A stretch of 63,729 bases of DNA, filler included, from Aduncisulcus paluster (Eukaryota), in assembly GCA_024181965.1 (NCBI GenBank). It is 5 parts of 5 records of this genome, joined end to end, with 100 filler letters (N's around TTAATTAATTAA, not from the genome) between each part and the next. Parts side by side here need not be neighbours in the genome. Positions count along the whole stretch, not along the records: positions 1 to 9,860 come from BQXS01010931.1; positions 9,961 to 20,208 come from BQXS01010932.1; 3 more parts are not named here. One strand, given 5' to 3'. Shown piece after piece: positions 1 through 11,763 of the stretch (positions are counted from its first letter, which is position 1; each line of letters opens with the position of its first letter). A program made the position numbers and the translations under genes. The notes under the pieces are model-generated. The model did no database searches, was not told the DNA's origin, and was given only the letters and a program-made list of their open reading frames with translations.

Positions 1-298
1 TTTTCAAAAATCAGTTTTTTCGTGTATTTTGATGTCTCAATGTCCAAAAAGGATCTGATCTTGATCAATCTTTTCCTGAATTGATCAGTTTAATCGTTCT
101 TAGGTTGAGGATCTCACAATCACATGGTTGACCCTTGAATTGAATCGTATTTCATTTTGTTCAACATCATCAAACATCGGGTCTTGTCACTGATGATTGT
201 TCAACCGAAGCAGTGAAATCCAATTTACCAATCGCATGAATAAATTAAAAACATTCAGATAGAACGAATAGAACGGATAAATAATAGATATTGCATCT

Positions 299-3200
299 TT
301 ATTCCCATATATCGATGTCGAAATCCCCACCGAACTCACCCAAACCATCATCCTTATCGATGGCGAAGGAAGATGTGTCTTGCAGTTTCTCATCAATTTC
401 CCCAGAACCAACATGGGCAAGTAATCTCGATGCCCGTCCAAATGCACTTCCACTGGACGCTTTGCTCTGGCTTGAATCAAAATGCTTCAACTGTGCCTGT
501 CTTGGTGGGGACAATTGTTCGTCCCCTGAAATCCGCAATCCCGTATGACGATAGCTAAATCCTTGTTTTTCATGGGGAAGCACGGATTCTTTTCTTCGGA
601 AAGGATCTTCACCAAATTCTCTGTGAGGTTGAATCTCATCCACTTGAGGAATGATACTAATGTTAGAAGACAAAGATCGGTTTAAGGATCGTCTCCCTTC
701 TCGCATATACGTGTCACCATCTTCCTCCTCCTCTTCCTCGACACCATATGAAAGTTCATCGAAGGAGCCACCAACCATTCTCTCACTTTCCTCACCATCC
801 TGAAATAGAACAGTATGACTATTCCTGTTCCTTATTCGCTGAGAAAGTTCCTTTTCGACATTCTTTCGTATTAACTCCAACCCAGGCGAGGTATCAGGTT
901 CATGTCGTAGTTTTGCATCGCCAATTGCCCCATAATCTGTACTATAATACTCGTCGTGATGCTCGCCCGACATGCGAATGTCATCAATATCTTGTCGAGA
1001 TCGATGGGAAGAGCCATCTCCTTCATCCTCTCCGGGTCCAACCCCAGCAGAAGCCTCGCTAAGGAAGCCCAAGCCACCTCTTCGAGAGAGTCGATCATCA
1101 AGGCGTGTTGAATGATCAGGAATTGGTCCGATATATTCATTATTGAAGCCATGACTAGGTGATGAAGATGCCAATTCTCGGTCAATATCTGCAAAGGTGG
1201 AACTGTCATCGGTCTCAATATTATATTTATCCAAAATTTCCTTACGCTTTCGTTCTTCTCGTTCTTTTTCATCTTTTTCTTTTTGAACCCTAGCTTCTTC
1301 ATCCGCAATTCGTTTTTGTTCACGAACGATATTTTCTTGTTTTTCTTTTTTGACACGAGCCTCTTCATCACGAATTATTTGCGCAAATGGATCATCTTTG
1401 CGCACTTTGACCCCCAGAACCGATATGGACGAGGGAGAAGGGATAGAAAGTGTTGTGCCAGGTGTACCAGGTGTGGCAGGTGTACCAGGTGTACCAGGTG
1501 TGAGTACATTGGACATACGGTGCAGATCTCTTTCTGCTCCCCCTTCCTCCTCTTCTTCCTTCTCTTCTTCTTCCGTTTTTTCCTTTTTAGCTCCAATATC
1601 TTTTCCCTCTTCATGTTTTTTACGATCAGAATCCTTGTCTTCTTTCCCTTTAATATTTCCACTCCCCTGACTTCCTCTGGAAGAAGCCTCTGCAGATGTG
1701 AGGAAGGAACTTTCATGCGATACTTCCTCTTCCTCTTGCTGGGCAATTTTATCCTCTCCAAGAGAAGAAAGAGAACTCTTTATATCTGTGGATGTTGATA
1801 TTTTGCTTCCTTTCACAGGTTGAGCTTCAGGAGATGCAGCACCTTCCTTGGATTCTTCAGAAAACGAAAAATCAAACTCCTCTCCACTCTGTTCCTCTTC
1901 TTCTTCATGAGTTGCCGATTGAGAGGATAATTTCACCTCTTTTTCTTGAATTTCTGACGAAGAGGTCACCTTCGTGGAGGTGGAAAATGAAGGAGAAAAA
2001 TCCTGTTTCTCTTCTTTTTCACGGGCAGTGGATTTGGAATGTACAGAAGTTGAAGAAGAGAATGAGAACTCCGATTCAAATGAATTCGATTCTTCCTGTT
2101 TTTCATGAATTTCCTTGGACTTTGGTTGATCGACTTCTGCCTTCTCTCTTTCTTCTTTTCGATCATCTATAACCTCTGATGGATGTTCTTGAGCCCTTTC
2201 GTTACTTACAAATCTCTCAGGAATAGTTTCCTTAGGTTTTCTTGAAATGACATCTTCATCCTTTTTCTGCTTAGCTCGAAGGTATTCTCGCTGCCTTTCT
2301 CGTCGCCTTAGATCGATTGTTTCATATTCTTCAAGATCTCTCTCAGGATCTCTCTCATGAGGGAATCTCATGTGGCGCCCTACGAGAGATTCACTCAGAA
2401 GATCAATCAAAGTCTGTCCGAGTGCAGCTTTCATCGATGTGCTACCAGAATATGTCATTGGAACAGTTGAATCCTGAGGAATAATGTCTGGAGGGTGTGG
2501 GATTTGCATGTTTTGTGGATGAACAATAGTTTTTCTCTGATTTTCTTGAATTGAATCCCGTTTTTTCTTATGAAGACGCTTAGATCTTGACTCAGTCATA
2601 GAAACATCACTTGAGATTGAAGAATTGACAGAATCATATTCAGATTCGGATAAAGAAGAAGAAATGGAGGAAGAAAGATCAGATATTGAATCAGTAGATG
2701 CAAGAAGTTTCTGAGCTCTATGTCTTTTCTTGATACGCTTTTTGATCCTTATGCGTCTCTTTTCTTCCTTTTTCTCTTCATCGTACCGCTTAAGTCCCTC
2801 TTCCCCTTCATTCTGAAGAACAAGATGCCTTGTATACTCTTGAACTCTCCTTTCAATACGTTTGTCAGACCGTTTTTTCTCTTTCTTTTGTTGAATTTTC
2901 CTCTTTCTTTCCTCATATTTTTGCCATTTCACAAGATCTTTCTCTTTTTCCTCGATATCTACCATATCTAGACTGCTAGGCACCGTTTCCTTCGCTATTT
3001 GCTCTTTTCGAAGCATCTCTTGCTGCCATTTCCTCCTTTCTTCAAGCTCAACAGCACTCCTCGTTTTTGCTTCCAGAGAGAATGGCATTGGTTGCATTGT
3101 AACATGGTTACTAAAAGCCAATGGAGGAAAAGATATCTGCTTGTCACCAACCAAATCGAGAGGAGAAGATTGCATAGGATCACTACCTTGAGATGGGTGA

Positions 3201-6200
3201 ACTTTCTTCTCTGGTTCAGATCTGACTTTGAAGATAACATCTCCATGTTTGCTCACGAGATGCCTATTCTTTTCAGATCTCAAAGCCTCCATTCTCTGGA
3301 GTTGTTGCTGTGATTCAAATATTAAGGAACTATCCAACTGCTCGATTCTCTGAAGTGTTGTTTGTCTTCTGTGACTCAATATTGACTGATCTCTGTGGGG
3401 CTGGATCACCGAGAAATTGTAATTCTGCGATTGAGAGCTCACTGATGTCGGACTGTCCTTTGCTTTGACTCTCTGACTTTCCTGGTCATTTAGACCATCA
3501 ATGGCTGAGGTATCAGATGAATAACCATCCTCGCTGACCTGATCAGACACGGTAAAATGGTATGTGTGTGGAGAATGGTCGGCAGGAAGGATTTTTGATT
3601 CACCAAATGATACGGACCTTCCTTTCATTGAAGGAATGATAGATTGCTTTGTAAAGACACGTGGCTGTGCAGACTCCTTGGGAACTCCATATTTAATTGA
3701 ATTAGTTCGAATGACTCCCGTACGTCGTACGATCTCTGTACTACTCATCACCTCATCGGATGTGAGCGTAAATGAAGATTCATCGACTATTCCGTGCTCA
3801 GAAGTGTGGTATGAACCAGATCTGATCTTTTTCAGCATTATCTCTCTTTCTACAGCCTTTGCAGCCTCCTCAACGTCCTTCAGAGAGAGGATTTTCTCAT
3901 GTTCATCCAAATGATCATCAGAAAGTATATCACCCGATTCAACTGGTTTTTTCTGATGGGAATGAAGTTTGTCAGCTGAAGGAATGGGATCTAAAACATT
4001 CGACTGTTGTTGTTGGCTGATTTGGTGCTGTTGAAGAAGAATAATTTGCTGTTGTTGCATTAATAGCTTCATTTCAAACATTTCTTTCTCGAATTTGCTC
4101 TCCAACCTCTGAATAATCTCATTATGGCCCTGAAACTCAGACGGGGCAGTAATATTGCTAGTTTGGGGAGAAGTGGCAGCCACGATAGAAGTTTGAGAAT
4201 TTGGTTGAATTTCTCTTACTTGAGAACTCCCAGCCTTGATTTCTCGTAGTTGTTTCTCAATTGCTGCCAATCTACTTTGTTGTTCCCCTTGAATGGCATG
4301 ATTTTCCTCCATATCCTTGTGTTTATCTTCTCTTTGCTGCAACTGATCTTGAAGTAGAGTATTCAACACAAACCCACGGTGCAACTCACTTGTGTGATGG
4401 TGAGAGCTTGAAGGACTTGTCGATTCTCTCAATGGCTTATCTTTACCCATTGCTGAGAGAGGTGAGTGAATTTCTTGTGAGTGTGATTGTGATTGTGATT
4501 GTGAGTGTGAGTGTAGAGTAATGTCAAATGAAGAGGGAATCGTCCGGCTCCAGAGGAGTGTTGCACCAGTAAACGAACATGGGATAGCATTTTGTCTTGA
4601 GAATTTCGATGAAGTGAGAGAAGATAGGATATTTAATGAATGGCGTGATTCAAAGCGAAAGCTATAATCTCCAAAGTAGATATATTTGTTACGAACAGCT
4701 GAAGTGGGTGTAATAACAGTCCTAGGAGAGTGATCAATTGTTATAGCATGTTCTGGATTCAAACAATACAAATTGATGGAGCCATTAAGAAAAGAAACAC
4801 AACATCTGTTACTTAGAACAGAACATATCCCTTCACACACTTTCCTTGGTGACAAGGGCCCATCAATGGAACCAACAGATTCAGAATACGTTCCAGTCTT
4901 TGTATAAAACACAAAACACCCCAACAGAGGATCATATTTTATATCAGTAATATCTTGAATGGCCTGTTTTGTCTTTGCTTCATTCCCTTCAGATTCTACA
5001 TCCTTCTTATCTGAGTCATTGTGCTTGAACGCATCAGCTTGTATGGATATCAAGCTCGACAGAGAAGTGGTCAAGTTGGGAGAAGTGACAAGAGAAGAAT
5101 ATATTCGACTAGCTATTCTGGCCGATGAAGATGCGTCTTGTTCAGCCAACATTTCTCCAACGATCTCTTCTTCTTCTTCTTCTTCTTCTTCTTCATACAT
5201 GGTGGTATAGCACTGAATAGGGAGTCCGTGAGTTATTACANNNNNNNNNNNNNNNNNNNNACAGAGGATCATATTTTATATCAGTAATATCTTGAATGGC
5301 CTGTTTTGTCTTTGCTTCATTCCCTTCAGATTCTACATCCTTCTTATCTGAGTCATTGTGCTTGAACGCATCAGCTTGTATGGATATCAAGCTCGACAGA
5401 GAAGTGGTCAAGTTGGGAGAAGTGACAAGAGAAGAATATATTCGACTAGCTATTCTGGCCGATGAAGATGCGTCTTGTTCAGCCAACATTTCTCCAACGA
5501 TCTCTTCTTCTTCTTCTTCTTCTTCTTCATACATGGTGGTATAGCACTGAATAGGGAGTCCGTGAGTTATTACAAAGGTGTATAATGCTTTTGGGCTAGC
5601 ATATGAAATGATATGAACAGTCTGGATGGAGGAAAGAGTGAATGATGTCAGTAGATTGAGTCTCATGGGTGAAAATGGATCAATTTCTTCGATAAACTCC
5701 CGATGAACTTTGAACTCATCTGTATTGAGAAGTGGATCATCCTTCTTTTCATCCACAGAATCTTCTTTCTCTCTTCCATCCGGTGATTCTCCATCCAAAT
5801 CATGAGCAATTTCTTCAACTTTCCTTGTAGATTTAAATAACTTCATGATTTCCTCTTCATTCACACGAGAATAAGTGTGCTTATAGAAATGGAATATGCT
5901 AACCAACCCTCTTGTCAGAATTAATAGATACACATGATCTTCCTCTTCTGCCATTGAGATATCATCGAACTCCAAGTCATACAATATCTCAGATCTTGGA
6001 ACACTATCCCCCATTGTTTGCTTATCCACAGGTGTTTGATGCATTGCCAGTATATCTTGGTCACAATGAGCCATATATTCAATATAATGACTGTCCAACC
6101 CTTTTGAGATATTCCTGGAACTGAAATGTTCCGACCCAGAATCCCAATACACCTTGTATGATATTACTTTCTTCTCATTCTTTNNNNNNNNNNNNNNNNN

Positions 6201-9200
6201 NNNTCATGATTTCCTCTTCATTCACACGAGAATAAGTGTGCTTATAGAAATGGAATATGCTAACCAACCCTCTTGTCAGAATTAATAGATACACATGATC
6301 TTCCTCTTCTGCCATTGAGATATCATCGAACTCCAAGTCATACAATATCTCAGATCTTGGAACACTATCCCCCATTGTTTGCTTATCCACAGGTGTTTGA
6401 TGCATTGCCAGTATATCTTGGTCACAATGAGCCATATATTCAATATAATGACTGTCCAACCCTTTTGAGATATTCCTGGAACTGAAATGTTCCGACCCAG
6501 AATCCCAATACACCTTGTATGATATTACTTTCTTCTCATTCTTTGTATTTTTCGTCCTACTTTTTGATGCTTTAGAATCTGACTTGATGTCAGTACTCAC
6601 AATCTCAATCCTCTTCTCTTCCTTTAACCCATTCATTCCCTGCGGAGTAAAATACATGCAAACATCCAAAGATACCCCACTAATGATGACACAATGCTTG
6701 GAATCCCATGCACAGGCGAATGATTCACATGAAAACACAGAAGTGGGTGAGAAAGGGAGAGTTTTTATCGAAAGCAATTGACCAGAATCTAAAAAGAAAC
6801 ACAGAATTGTTGCTTCATTAATAACTATCATAACACTCCCCAAAATTGTCATAAGAAGTGGGTTTCTGGTAGATCTTGCCGAGATTGCATGCGAATACAG
6901 AGAAAATACAGACAATTTTGCATGTTGGACATGAGAAGCAACCATTTTCTTCTGATCTTGGACTTCAGACACAGTAGATACACAACAAATTCCACTTTCA
7001 AATACAACTACATGCCATTTAGAATTGAACAACACTTTGGCGACAGTTCCAATGTTTGTGATGGAGGGAAGCAATGGAGATGAAACGAAAGAGGATAATT
7101 GGCTTCCTTGGAGGGATGTTTTATATAATAGAAAGTTTGTGTTATTCCTCTCAAGTTGCCTAAGTTCCATTTCCTTTGATCGTGAAGTTTGACACTCACA
7201 CTTGACTCTTGATATAATATTATTAGTATAGTTTTCTCTCTCTCTTGCGGAATAATCGGATAAAAAGCTTATCGATCGCTTTCCTCCAATACAAAACACA
7301 AAATCCCCACAATACGTCGATGAAACGCACGTCCACGGACATTCTTTCCGCATTAAGGCAAGGAATTGCATAATTTCTTCATCAGTCACAGTTGGAGCCG
7401 TCTGCAAACATGAATCGGTTAAATTAATTCTATTTTTAATCGCATCTATTTTAAGAACATGTTTTGAGAAAAATATTAAGTCTGAATATGTCCCTGTGGT
7501 TGGGANNNNNNNNNNNNNNNNNNNNTATATTTTTCTCTCTCTCTTGCGGAATAATCGGATAAAAAGCTTATCGATCGCTTTCCTCCAATACAAAACACAA
7601 AATCCCCACAATACGTCGATGAAACGCACGTCCACGGACATTCTTTCCGCATTAAGGCAAGGAATTGCATAATTTCTTCATCAGTCACAGTTGGAGCCGT
7701 CTGCAAACATGAATCGGTTAAATTAATTCTATTTTTAATCGCATCTATTTTAAGAACATGTTTTGAGAAAAATATTAAGTCTGAATATGTCCCTGTGGTT
7801 GGGAATTTCTTGTTTTCCAACTGAATTCGATGAACTCTTGCCCATACGCTACAAATATTATACATAGCTCCATTGCATTCCAATAATAGACACTCATCTT
7901 TGTTCCTCGGCTTCGGTTTCATGATTCCATCTTGACCAGCTCTACCGGTTGTATCTGACCGGCTTGAACCGTTGTGATGTGAAATGGGATATTTTAAATG
8001 TGACGATAAAGATGTGATTGGGCGTTCGTTCTTCAATAATCTTGCCACAAGACATAAATCATATTTTATATTCCTTTTCTTGCTGGAATCTTTGCCCCGT
8101 CCCATTGTAGCGGACTCTTCTTCGATACAGAGAACATACACAGTACTAAATGAGGATAGAAAGAAGAATGATGGGTGCAACAAGGACTGTTTAATACAAA
8201 TTATAGCTCTGGCGTATCCTGGACCCACAGTAACATCTGTTGGCACCATCTGTGTGTCTTCGGAGGAGGAGGGAGATGTAGGAGGGTGTTGAGGTGGGAC
8301 AGGAGATGAGTCATTCGATAGAAGAGAGAGAGGAGACGCAATGTGGGATGAAGAAGAGGACGAGGAGATATCCATAGCAAGCGAAATATCACCATTTCCT
8401 GTCGGGAGATGTTTAGGATCATCTCTAACAACCGCTCTTCTGGATTTCTTGCTCTTATGTGTTCGCTCCGAATGCTGTATCATATGCTTTGAAGCCTCAC
8501 GGGAGCCTTTAACGCCCGTAGGATTAGTTCTATCCTTTCCTAAATCAACCATAATGCAACACGATTGATGACTGGATAATCGTCCATCTTCTATACATAT
8601 AATCGACACTGATCCATCGGTGTGGCCGAATAAGATACCCTCGATAGAAGGGCAGGGGTGAGCACAAGTGACGGGCAATGGGAGACGGTCAACATGGAAG
8701 AAAGACCGAGTGGAGGAAATACTAAGCATTGTAGGAGCTGGAATAAGGGAGAATAGAGGAATTTCTGCAAATATTCCAAGATCACTGACACATACCAGAC
8801 ACGACCCAGTGTATAACATCGAAACAATATAATGATACCGATTCATGGTTACAAAATGCGATTTATCTTGAATCAATTCAGATTCTGATATATAAAATGC
8901 TTCTAACTTCTTTTGAAAGCGTTTAATAAGTTGGGAAAAATGAATAATATTGCGAGACACTACAGATCGTTTCCTGAAATCATACACAAGAATTGAATCA
9001 TCGCTAAGATATATAAATAGCATATTAATATGCTTGAGGAAGCTGACTTGCTCAATATTGCATTCATAGGGAAATTGACTCGATACAAGATCTCCTGCTG
9101 CCATACAGGCATCAATATCATTTGTTAATAAATTGCAAACATATATATTTTGCTTATTCCAAAATAATTGGACATTTTCATCAATACAAATACTATTAGT

Positions 9201-9248
9201 CCTTTCTTGGTAGTAGGACAGGGGAAGTACAACATTATGATTCTGCAT
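299..9248 (-). CDS. Large hypothetical protein (~2650 aa after removing assembly overlaps); degenerate WD40/beta-propeller-like N-terminus, acidic/Ser-rich and coiled-coil C-terminus
   Basis: ORFs 7476-9248, 6175-7641, 5193-6152 and 299-5272 overlap in near-identical sequence across three 20-N gaps. Removing the gaps and duplicates (314+341+279 bp) leaves 7956 nt = 2652 codons in one frame, ATG 9248 to TAA 299. WD-like segments LFIYLSDDSILVYDF and ILFGHTDGSVSII. Confidence 0.75.
4924..5574. repeat. Assembly overlap duplication around gap 5241-5260
   Basis: 4924-5240 repeats as 5261-5574; the copies differ by one TTC unit in a microsatellite (Glu10 vs Glu9). Confidence 0.95.
5843..6544. repeat. 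Assembly overlap duplication around gap 6184-6203
   Basis: 5843-6183 repeats as 6204-6544 (341 bp). Confidence 0.95.
7227..7804. repeat. Assembly overlap duplication around gap 7506-7525
   Basis: 7227-7505 repeats as 7526-7804 (279 bp), one mismatch near the edge. Confidence 0.95.
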
Positions 9249-9490
9249 AGTTATTTATACGATATAATATTATACTGAATAAGATGTATTTACAATGTAA
9301 AACAAATTCTGACCAAATTTGTTTCTATTATTATTCAATATTCAAAGAAAAAGACAATTTCCACCCCAATTCTTTATAAGTGTTGAAATCGCATGTTTCT
9401 TGAAGTAATAAGAATAGTACCATTATTAATATCCAAATATAAGACATATCTTATTCCCTTTTCCTCCTTATTTCTCATAGAATTTGATTT

Positions 9491-9860
9491 ATGCCATTTT
9501 GTTTGACAAAAGTTATGTTGGGTTTTAAAGATAAATTAAAAGATTTTATTAAGGCTTCCTCAAAGACCGTATGTCAAAATTACTATAGTTGGATATTGCA
9601 ATTCGCCATATGTATTATTTTTTCAAGCAAAACCTTTTACTGTTGTATTTTTGCATAACTTTTTTGTTATTATGCACGTTTTTAGAAAATTTCGGATGAA
9701 GAACTATGGGGAGCGGACTTTCTTGATGATTATGTGAAAGAATTAGATGATACGCAGAGTCATTCTTTGGATTTTACATTAGCTGCTGAAACAGTGAATC
9801 AAGGTGTAAAAATGTTTAACAAACGAGTTGATAGTACATTTAAATCAGTTACTCAGGCAT
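9491..9860 (+). CDS. Hypothetical protein, spliced, 3'-truncated at contig end (exon 1 9491-9568, exon 2 9686 to at least 9860)
   Basis: ATG 9491 (or 9515) ...KDFIKASSKT joins in phase 0 to KISDEELWGADFLDDYVKELDD... across a GTATGT...TTTTTAG intron. Confidence 0.7.
9569..9685 (+). other. Spliceosomal intron, 117 nt, phase 0
   Basis: GTATGT donor, possible branch CATAAC, T-rich tract, TTTAG acceptor; splicing restores an open frame. Confidence 0.7.
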
Positions 9861-9960
9861 NNNNNNNNNNNNNNNNNNNNNNNNNNNNNNNNNNNNNNNN
9901 NNNNTTAATTAATTAANNNNNNNNNNNNNNNNNNNNNNNNNNNNNNNNNNNNNNNNNNNN
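9861..9960. other. Artificial contig linker
   Basis: N44-TTAATTAATTAA-N44, stop codons in all six frames. Confidence 0.98.
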
Positions 9961-9962
9961 CA

Positions 9963-11024
9963 GCAAAGAAAAATTCAATACAATATGCATCCTCTCTTTC
10001 ATCTCATCAAGTATCTGAAGGTCCAATGCCTGCGCTAGATATCTCTTCAACTCCACAATTCCAAAAAGCATATGCTGCCGCATTAAAATCGGTTCAAGCT
10101 GATCCAAAATGTTCACCCAGTCAATCTATGATGATAGCTCATGCTGCCGCTGCCGCAGCCTGTTGTGAACTTTCATTTGGGAAATCTCGAACATCCACTA
10201 CTCCTACCCAAGTTCCAGCCCAAAGTTGTATGAATAGTGATGCTATGTTTGCGCCACCTTTCTCCGATGTGATAAAAGATGAGCGTAGCAACTCTGTACA
10301 CGATGATGGATTATTAAGCAATAGTGATGATGATGCCGGCTTCATTGGTGGTGAACCGATAAGAAAGTATCGTGGAAGCGACATTATCCCCAAAGATAGA
10401 CCTATAACTGGAATTTCGGAAAGAACTCGAAGAAAATCACCTCGTCCAGTTCAAAAATACTCAGATAGTGTCGATGAACAGAATCCCGGGGGCTTCTGTG
10501 CTGTTGGCAGCGTAGAAAAAGAATTACTCGACCTTTATGCCCGTCAAGATCGTGAGAGTTCATCCACTGATGCTTCTGTTGAAGATAGTGTTACCACTGT
10601 TGGTAACAATGCTCTCATCGGTAGCAGTGCAATTGAAAGCGAAGAATTGGATGAATTACGCGGAGATCTGGGCATTCCTACCCAAGCTCAGCTTGAAAAG
10701 CGTGAACATGGTGCAGCTAAAGAGAGAGAAACTGGAGGCTGGAGTTCTGACTCTTTTGGTGATCATCACGAAGCAGATGGTGCACCAGTCCAGCTTCCCC
10801 AGCCCCGTGAGGAAGAAGAGGAAGAGGAAGAAAAGATTGAAATTCGGGAAGGACCCAAACAGAGTCCTAGTGACAATTCGTATGCCCTCGTTATGGCTAT
10901 ATTTGAGAAAGGAGAGCTTCACAAACAGTCCGCTTTAGCTTTATTACAGGAACTTAATTCAATTTTCAATGAGGATGAATTGCTTCGTGTTATGAAACGA
11001 TTGGAAATAGCTTTCCCAAAATAG
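9963..11024 (+). CDS. Hypothetical acidic/low-complexity protein, probably 5'-truncated
   Basis: Frame of ORF 10026-11024 is open back to the contig edge; ends TAG; short helical C-terminal segment; no recognisable family. Confidence 0.65.
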   Translation, partial: AKKNSIQYASSLSSHQVSEGPMPALDISSTPQFQKAYAAALKSVQADPKCSPSQSMMIAHAAAAAACCELSFGKSRTSTTPTQVPAQSCMNSDAMFAPPFSDVIKDERSNSVHDDGLLSNSDDDAGFIGGEPIRKYRGSDIIPKDRPITGISERTRRKSPRPVQKYSDSVDEQNPGGFCAVGSVEKELLDLYARQDRESSSTDASVEDSVTTVGNNALIGSSAIESEELDELRGDLGIPTQAQLEKREHGAAKERETGGWSSDSFGDHHEADGAPVQLPQPREEEEEEEEKIEIREGPKQSPSDNSYALVMAIFEKGELHKQSALALLQELNSIFNEDELLRVMKRLEIAFPK

Positions 11025-11183
11025 AGTTCTAGAATATCTATTCGTCCAATATTTCAGGTCTACAAACTACTACTTCAACATCATTCGCTCTAAATTTCAA
11101 GTAGATCCACCTTTACAATCAACTGCGTCTCTATTCCCATCCAATTGAATTGAATCTGTACTGTACTCTTCTGTACTGTGCTA

Positions 11184-11233
11184 TACTGTCTACTGCACTG
11201 TACTGTCTACTGCACTGTACTGTCTACTGCACT
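11184..11233. repeat. Minisatellite, 17-bp unit TACTGTCTACTGCACTG x3
   Basis: Units start at 11184, 11201 and 11218, inside a degenerate CTGTA-rich tract (11155-11240). Confidence 0.85.
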
Positions 11234-11763
11234 ATTCTGCGTTCTTATATTGATTTCATTTCTTTTTGGTGGCTGTTTCATTCAATGAATTGAAGTTCAA
11301 CTTGACAATTTGGATTGACTTATAGTTGTCAACAATTCCGTTATCTTATTGGTATCTTATTCCTCAAGAATTGAGAAACAATTTGGGTAACATGAGAGTG
11401 CCTATTGACTTGCAACTGAGTTGGTCTTTGTCAGTTGATGAGGCCCTTTCTGTGGAAGGATGAGACCAATTGAACGGTTTTTGAGTGCCAAAGATGCCCA
11501 TATTATATTTGAAGAGAAGAAGAGTTATTTTTTTGAAATAAATCAAGTTGAATTATTCAACTAAGTTAGTTCTGGACGAAATAGGCATATTTTATTAGCT
11601 ATGTAAATAATGGGAATAGAAGAATGCTATAACATGAGTCTTATTTGATTTATTTAGTTGATTTCATAAGAGAAACCAATAATCGATTTGTAGCCAACAC
11701 CAAAATATAATTCAACATATTTTCTTTATATTTTTAATTTTAACTAATTATATATTTAAATCA

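Noticed and set aside
11315-11410. W-boxes (TTGACT at ~11315 and ~11405) upstream of the LRR gene as WRKY targets
   Set aside because: Two AT-rich hexamers in ~740 bp are compatible with chance.
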